This document shows, piece by piece, positions 58,685-64,000 of a DNA stretch of 64,000 bases. Position numbers and translations under genes: made by a program. Each line of letters opens with the position of its first letter. The first letter of the stretch is position 1. This DNA is from an uncultured virus (IMG/VR IMGVR_UViG_2875733747_000004). Lineage: Duplodnaviria; Heunggongvirae; Uroviricota; Caudoviricetes. The stretch is from IMG/VR virus record IMGVR_UViG_2875733747_000004. The stretch is one strand, 5' to 3'. Under the pieces are notes generated by a model. The model searched no databases. It was given only the letters and a program-made list of their open reading frames with translations, and was not told the origin of the DNA.

Positions 58685-58772
58685 TTGTTGTTCCTCCTTT
58701 TAAGATCTTTGTTTATGTCCATTTGTTACATTACCTAAAAGTTATAAAAAGTTATACGAAGGTCAAAAAAAT

Positions 58773-58964
58773 TTAGACCTTTATCTGGTCTACCTCAATA
58801 TCATATAACTTTGCTAAAGCGTAAACTGTAACATTACTTAAATTAGTGTCATCCTTTTCCCAATGACCAACTGTCTTTGCATTGACGCCCAATATATCTG
58901 CTACTTCTTGCTGTTTCAAGTCCCTTACAAGTCTCCATTTTCTTACGGATAATTGTTCCGGCAT
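58773..58964 (-). CDS. cro: Cro-like XRE repressor
   Basis: QQEVADILGVNAKTVGHWE HTH; divergent from cI. Confidence 0.85.
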   Translation of the reverse strand: MPEQLSVRKWRLVRDLKQQEVADILGVNAKTVGHWEKDDTNLSNVTVYALAKLYDIEVDQIKV

Positions 58965-58987
58965 GTCGTCCACCTCCCTTTCACACG

Positions 58988-59074
58988 TATAACTTTATAT
59001 TACTTTGTATTACTTGTCAACAGATAAAGTTATATTTATTCATAAAAAGTTATAAAAAGTATTGTAAAGTAATG
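58988..59074. promoter_or_regulatory. cI/cro divergent promoter-operator region
   Basis: AAAGTTATA-like motifs at 10-bp spacing; also present at 58738 and 58748. Confidence 0.6.
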
Positions 59075-59124
59075 TCGGTTATGGTAAGTTAATATTACAT
59101 TAAGTAATATTAAAGGAGACAACT

Positions 59125-59454
59125 ATGGAGAATAATAAAGTCAGAAAAATTTTATCTGAAAACCTTCAAGAACTTATGAATGATAAAAATATTGATCAGA
59201 GAGAACTTGCTGAAGCTATTGGAGTTTCTCAACCTACAGTCTCCAATTGGATTCAACAAACTAAATATCCACGAATTAAAAGAATTCAACAACTTGCAGA
59301 TTACTTCAATGTACCGAAATCAAGAATTACTGAATCAAAAAAAGATATACATCAAGAAACAATTGCTGCTCATTTTGATAAAGAGGGATTAACTGAAGAA
59401 GAGATTGAAGAAGTAAATAGATTCATTGAATGGGTTAGAAATAGAGACAAATAA
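59125..59454 (+). CDS. CI/ImmR-like repressor (HTH only, no S24 domain)
   Basis: QRELAEAIGVSQPTVSNW; TIAAH motif typical of ImmA-cleaved repressors. Confidence 0.9.
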   Translation: MENNKVRKILSENLQELMNDKNIDQRELAEAIGVSQPTVSNWIQQTKYPRIKRIQQLADYFNVPKSRITESKKDIHQETIAAHFDKEGLTEEEIEEVNRFIEWVRNRDK

Positions 59455-59466
59455 AGGGTGTTTATA

Positions 59467-59928
59467 TTGGGATTATACGAAGAACTTTGCATAAATAACG
59501 AAAAAATAAAGATAGAAGAAACTGACCAGCTTCCAAATTTCCAACCTGGATGCTATATGAACGGAAAAATTTATATAAGGCGTAATTTATCAGAAGTACG
59601 TAAAGCAGAAGTGTTATATGAGGAACTTGCCCACCACAAGTTGACGTATGGCAACATTTTAGACCAATCAAAATGGATTAATAGAAAATTTGAAAATTAT
59701 GCACGTAGACATGGTTTTACTTCAGCTGTACCGCTACATGAAATTGTAGAAGCTCACAACTACGGTGTTCGTAATTTGTACGAGTTGTCAGAGTATCTGC
59801 AGTTGAGTGAATCATACATACTAGAAGCTATAGAACAATATAAAAAGATATATGGTATTGGAACTCACTATGGCGAGTATTCTATTACGTTTGAGCCGTT
59901 GAGAGTTTTTAAATATAAGGAAATATAA
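59467..59928 (+). CDS. ImmA/IrrE-family metallopeptidase (anti-repressor)
   Basis: YEELAHH...E..A motif directly after the repressor. Confidence 0.85.
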   Translation: MGLYEELCINNEKIKIEETDQLPNFQPGCYMNGKIYIRRNLSEVRKAEVLYEELAHHKLTYGNILDQSKWINRKFENYARRHGFTSAVPLHEIVEAHNYGVRNLYELSEYLQLSESYILEAIEQYKKIYGIGTHYGEYSITFEPLRVFKYKEI

Positions 59929-59945
59929 ACAAAGGAGAGATACAT

Positions 59946-60380
59946 ATGAAAAAAGTAATCGGACTGCTACTAGTAAGTACATTAGCTTTAACAGCTTGTG
60001 GTGAAAAAGAAAAACCAAAAAAAGAAGAAAATAAAAAGTCACAAACACAAAAACACAAAGGTAGCAAACCAAAAACGCAACAAGAAAAAATGAAAAAAGT
60101 TGAAGATAAAAATCCACCTAATAATAGCATACAAAATAATTCAAACAATCAAAACCAATCACAAAACAATCAACTTAATAATAATTCAGATCCATCTAAT
60201 AATACTCCTGCAAATATAAATGAAAACGATTCACAAAATACTAATTTAAATGATGAGTATGTCGTTTCGCCTGGCTGGACTAAAGATGAACAGGCTAAAG
60301 CTTTTGAAGAGTACAAAAAAGGAAAAGAAGAGGAAGCAAGAGCTGGTGCTAGCGCAGTACCAGGAGCCAATATTAACTAA
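59946..60380 (+). CDS. Lysogeny-module lipoprotein (possible superinfection exclusion)
   Basis: Lipobox LTAC; K/N/Q-rich linker. Confidence 0.75.
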   Translation: MKKVIGLLLVSTLALTACGEKEKPKKEENKKSQTQKHKGSKPKTQQEKMKKVEDKNPPNNSIQNNSNNQNQSQNNQLNNNSDPSNNTPANINENDSQNTNLNDEYVVSPGWTKDEQAKAFEEYKKGKEEEARAGASAVPGANIN

Positions 60381-60408
60381 TAAAACAATATAAGAAAGAA
60401 GAGCTAAT

Positions 60409-60804
60409 ATGGAAACAAATAAAACAATCGATTTAATGAATTATGTGAAATTTCCAAAAAGATACACAGAGGCAAAAGGCAAATTAGTTGCACAACCAAT
60501 AACTACTATAAATAGCGCAAGAAGAGTTGAAAATGAAGATATGACTGTTTGCTACATTTTAGATCAGGATGATGATGTAATGGACTTTATCTTTGACAGA
60601 GATATAATTACTGTTTACTGTCCTGAAAACGGAACTGCGACTGATGAATATTTTTGTGAAATTATATTTAACTCAGATGACACATTTACCCTAAAGCGAT
60701 TATCTAATTACGTTACCATTAAAGATAGAAGCTACCCAATGTCAAAAATAAATGACGTAAACATTACGGGCAAAGTCGTCAGATTATTTAGAGATTTTAA
60801 ATAA
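60409..60804 (+). CDS. Stand-alone degenerate S24/LexA C-terminal-like protein
   Basis: FTLKRL and VNITGKVV motifs. Confidence 0.55.
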   Translation: METNKTIDLMNYVKFPKRYTEAKGKLVAQPITTINSARRVENEDMTVCYILDQDDDVMDFIFDRDIITVYCPENGTATDEYFCEIIFNSDDTFTLKRLSNYVTIKDRSYPMSKINDVNITGKVVRLFRDFK

Positions 60805-60914
60805 ACTTGGCTTTAATTACGATTAAAAGTACCTATATAGCGTGACGAGAAAAAGGATTAAAAAAAATTCAAAAACGCCTACTAGTGTAGACGTTGAATG
60901 GTGGTGAGAATTTT

Positions 60915-61040
60915 ATGGCGGATAAAAACAAAAAACAAGAAGCTACCCGTAGTAACCCAATAAACAAAAGTTTTGAAAAGCCGGGTGCCAGCGAAAACTT
61001 AAAAAGCACTTTATCAGAAAAAGCTAAGAAAAAAGATTAA
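60915..61040 (+). CDS. 41-aa basic small ORF MADKNKKQEATRSNP...
   Basis: GGTGGTG RBS; manually translated. Confidence 0.45.
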   Translation: MADKNKKQEATRSNPINKSFEKPGASENLKSTLSEKAKKKD

Positions 61041-61651
61041 TATTCATTCATTAAATATAAATCCAATTTAATTTGTTGTTTAAGGTCTACAAGTGTATGT
61101 TTAATATACAATTCATCGTTTGACGCTAAATCAGATACTTTGAAATCTTGTCGCTCAACCTCTAGTAAATCGAAATCGCTACCAGCTGAATTATAGGTTT
61201 TAAGTTCACCCTCTTCAATGATTCTGTTTTCAAAGTCTTTAATAACTATAAATACTGGTTTACCGTTGTTATTAAACAACTTGTCTCTTTTGTCTAATAA
61301 GCTTATACAATCCAAATTCATAAACTTTCTTGTTTCATTAATTAACCAGATAATGAATTTAACAATTAAAGGATTAAATACAAGCACTGTTAAAACAAAA
61401 ATAATTAGAAACCAAATATTTGCTTTTAGACCTGTAAGCAACTGAAGTAAACTCAAATTTTTTAAATCAACATTATTAAAAATTATAAAAGTATAAAACC
61501 ATATCAAACATGTTTCAATAGAAAAAATCAATAATACAGGAGTATTGATAATCTTGTTTTTTTCACTAACTAAACCTATCATTGTTAGATATTTATATGG
61601 TATGTAACCTAAAACTCCTGTAAGAAGAAGCGCCCCTAGAAATTGAGTCAT
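61037..61651 (-). CDS. Membrane protein divergent from integrase (OrfC-like)
   Basis: Three TM segments; AGGTG RBS. Confidence 0.75.
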   Translation of the reverse strand: MTQFLGALLLTGVLGYIPYKYLTMIGLVSEKNKIINTPVLLIFSIETCLIWFYTFIIFNNVDLKNLSLLQLLTGLKANIWFLIIFVLTVLVFNPLIVKFIIWLINETRKFMNLDCISLLDKRDKLFNNNGKPVFIVIKDFENRIIEEGELKTYNSAGSDFDLLEVERQDFKVSDLASNDELYIKHTLVDLKQQIKLDLYLMNEY

Positions 61652-61707
61652 CTTATCACCTACTTTTTATTTTATTATAACATATTTAGTACCTAGTACT
61701 AAATTTT

Positions 61708-61760
61708 GGGTAGCCCACCTACCCTTATTATTTTTTACAAATTTACAGAACGTACGTTCT
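61708..61760 (+). promoter_or_regulatory. Conserved int leader: SigH-associated element plus SOS-box-like palindrome
   Basis: GGGTAGCCCACCTACCCTTATTATTTTTT; AGAACGTACGTTCT at 61747-61760. Confidence 0.6.
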
Positions 61761-61776
61761 CTCAGGAGGTATAAAC

Positions 61777-62982
61777 ATGTGGATTGAAAAATTTAAAAAC
61801 AAAAATAACGAAACTAAATACAGATACTACGAGAAGTATAAAGATCCATACACAGATAAATGGAAGCGCGTAAGTGTTGTGTTGAACAAGAATACAAAAC
61901 AATCACAAAAAGAAGCAATGTTTCGTTTAGAAGAAAAAATAAAAGAAAAACTAAACAACAAGTCGTCAAGCGAATTAAAAACTTTGACTTTTCACGCGCT
62001 ATTAGATGAATGGCTTGAATATCATATAAAAACATCAGGTTCAAAGTTGACTACTCTTAATAATATAAAAATAAGAATTAGAAACATTAAACGATACAGC
62101 TCTGAGAACTTGCTTTTAAACAAACTAGATACAAAATATATGCAGATATTTATTAATAAATTATCAGATATCTATTCTCAAAATCAAGTAACCCGTCAAC
62201 TCGGAGATATGAAAGGAGCTATTAAATATGCAGTTAAATTTTACAATTATCCAAATGAATATTTGTTAACTAATGTCAAAATTCCTAAAAGAAGAAAAAC
62301 AATAGAGGATATCGAAAAAGATGAATCTAAAATGTACAACTATTTAGAAATGAACCAAGTCCTACAGATACGTGATCATATACTAAATGATAATAAGTTA
62401 CACAAGCGAAATCGCATTTTAATTGCCAGCATCTTAGAAGTACAGGCTTTAACTGGTATGCGCATAGGAGAACTACAAGCACTGCAGGAAAAAGATATAG
62501 ATTTATTAAACAAAACTATCAATATAACAGGTACAATTCACCGCATTAAATACGAGGAAGGATTCGGATACAAAGACACTACAAAGACTATAAGTTCAAA
62601 AAGAAGTATCAGCATCAATTCTAGAACCGTAGAAATTTTTAAAAAGATAATACTGGAAAACAAAATGTTGAAAAGATGGAATTCGAGCTATGTTGACAGA
62701 GGGTTCATATTCACAACAAAAAAAGGGAATCCTTTATGTAATAATCAAATCGCCGGTGTGCTTAAGAAAACTACAAAAGCTTTAAATATGAATAAGAAAG
62801 TTACCACGCACACATTTAGACATACACACATAACTTTATTAGTAGAAATGAATGTTTCTTTAAAAGCAATTATGAAAAGGGTAGGACATGTAGATGAAAA
62901 AACAACCATTCGCATATATACTCATGTAACTGAAAAAATGGATAGAGAACTAACTCAAAAACTCGAAAACATTCCAAGTTAG
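61777..62982 (+). CDS. int: Tyrosine integrase (Sa2int)
   Basis: TGMRIGE, HTFRH, VGH and IYTH catalytic motifs intact. Confidence 0.96.
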   Translation: MWIEKFKNKNNETKYRYYEKYKDPYTDKWKRVSVVLNKNTKQSQKEAMFRLEEKIKEKLNNKSSSELKTLTFHALLDEWLEYHIKTSGSKLTTLNNIKIRIRNIKRYSSENLLLNKLDTKYMQIFINKLSDIYSQNQVTRQLGDMKGAIKYAVKFYNYPNEYLLTNVKIPKRRKTIEDIEKDESKMYNYLEMNQVLQIRDHILNDNKLHKRNRILIASILEVQALTGMRIGELQALQEKDIDLLNKTINITGTIHRIKYEEGFGYKDTTKTISSKRSISINSRTVEIFKKIILENKMLKRWNSSYVDRGFIFTTKKGNPLCNNQIAGVLKKTTKALNMNKKVTTHTFRHTHITLLVEMNVSLKAIMKRVGHVDEKTTIRIYTHVTEKMDRELTQKLENIPS

Positions 62983-63024
62983 CTTAAATCTGCCCTTTTT
63001 TTGCCCTTATATTTTTTACAAGCT

Positions 63025-64000
63025 TTATAAAACGCTTGAGAACACTGGCGTTAAAGCTTTTCTTGAATTAAACATATCATCATAATGTGATGGTTCAAAT
63101 ATCATTTGTACAATCAAAGGCTTCATGTTCTTAACAATATCATCTAAATGGTTATCTAAAATTGGTGACACTGCTTTTAAATCATTAAGAAAAGGCTCCC
63201 ATTTGCCTAAAGTATTATCTAATTCTTCTAATTTAGTTTTAATATAATTACAAGTTACATTAGGAATCAGGGACAAAAATTCTTTCTTTTTTACATTTAA
63301 CATTTCAATTGCATGTCTTAAATTCTTACGTATTTTGGGAATTGTATTAATCAAATATTTTATTACATCGACAATTTTCGATGCATATTCATCATATATA
63401 CCTTGAACATAGTCTGCTATTTTTTTAATACCATCATCGATATGGTCTTTTAATATTTTCATTTTTCTTCCTAAATAATTAGAAGGTATAACTAGACCCT
63501 GTACCATATTTTCGCCGCTACAATTAATTTGAAAATTTCCATCTAAAATTGTTGCATCTTGTTGTTTCATAATACTTCTAATATCTGCAATTTGCCTACC
63601 ATAAATATCATTTTGATTTTTTATTTGGTCTATATTCTGTTTCACTACTTTCAAATGTTTCATCATTTCTTCAGATACTCCATCTCTGAAGTCGTGATCT
63701 ATATTTTTGAAAATTTCTAAAATTTCATTATCTATACTATCATACACTTTTTCTATAAAAGATTTTATACCTTTAAACAACTCATTAATTCTTTCTTTTA
63801 ATGCATCCAATGCAAAATCAGGTAATAAGTGTTTAACAGCACTAATACTTTCTATTGTTTCATCTGCAACTTCTTCAAGTGAGTTTATTTTACTAATTAA
63901 AGTTCTTTCCATTTCTTCTAACTGAAATAAGTTAATCTTATCCTTAAATCCTTCTGATAATTGTTTCTTTCTATCTGCAAAATTTTTATTTTCATTTTCT
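63025..64000 (-). pseudogene. 5' part of the interrupted chromosomal gene (SA1320-like, helical), fused to a short phage-encoded tail; starts beyond the window
   Basis: ...FEPSHYDDMF|NSRKALTPVFSSVL*; native continuation is ILNTQAH... at 3133-3311. Confidence 0.8.
63069..63093. repeat. Prophage att core, integrase-side junction (attL)
   Basis: TAAACATATCATCATAATGTGATGG. Confidence 0.92.

Larger units (their letters stand above)
3312..63093. mobile_element. Sa2int cos siphovirus prophage (phi12/phiSLT/3A-like, PVL-negative) carrying a nested ICE
   Basis: Integrase, immunity, PolA-type replication, HNH/terminase/portal/ClpP/capsid, tail, holin and lysin in canonical order between att repeats; ~59.8 kb with the ICE, ~45.2 kb without. 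Confidence 0.96.

Noticed and set aside
59610..59640. YEELAH instead of HEXXH as a sign of a dead ImmA
   Set aside because: EELxH variants are common in phage ImmA/IrrE-like proteins as I recall; not evidence of inactivation.

Overview
Staphylococcus aureus-type chromosome segment. Most of it is a complete Sa2int (phi12/phiSLT/3A-like) cos siphovirus prophage, ~3312-63093. The prophage is bounded by a 25-bp att core (1 mismatch) that splits a chromosomal gene next to three tandem DUF1672-like lipoprotein genes. It lacks PVL; the slot after the lysin instead holds three tandem sRNA-like units (SprY-like, SprX-like and a third, pseudoknot-capable RNA) and an AT-rich membrane-anchored moron gene. 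A 14,531-bp ICE6013-family conjugative element (30734-45264, ATA target duplication, GGCAGTGT/ACACCACC ends) has inserted into the phage SNF2 helicase gene, and its IS30-like transposase is frameshifted. Main observations: (1) the major capsid and major tail genes end in the same TTACCCAGCTAA motif, followed in the +1 frame by homologous 21-aa tails that look like the first two strands of an FN3 domain, while the neighbouring 151-aa protein looks like the rest of that domain (candidate split-domain virion decoration system); (2) the phage::ICE composite may be unpackageable but still excisable and conjugable; (3) the ICE ends would form a sigma-A promoter on circularisation. All family assignments come from sequence motifs and recall, not from database searches.
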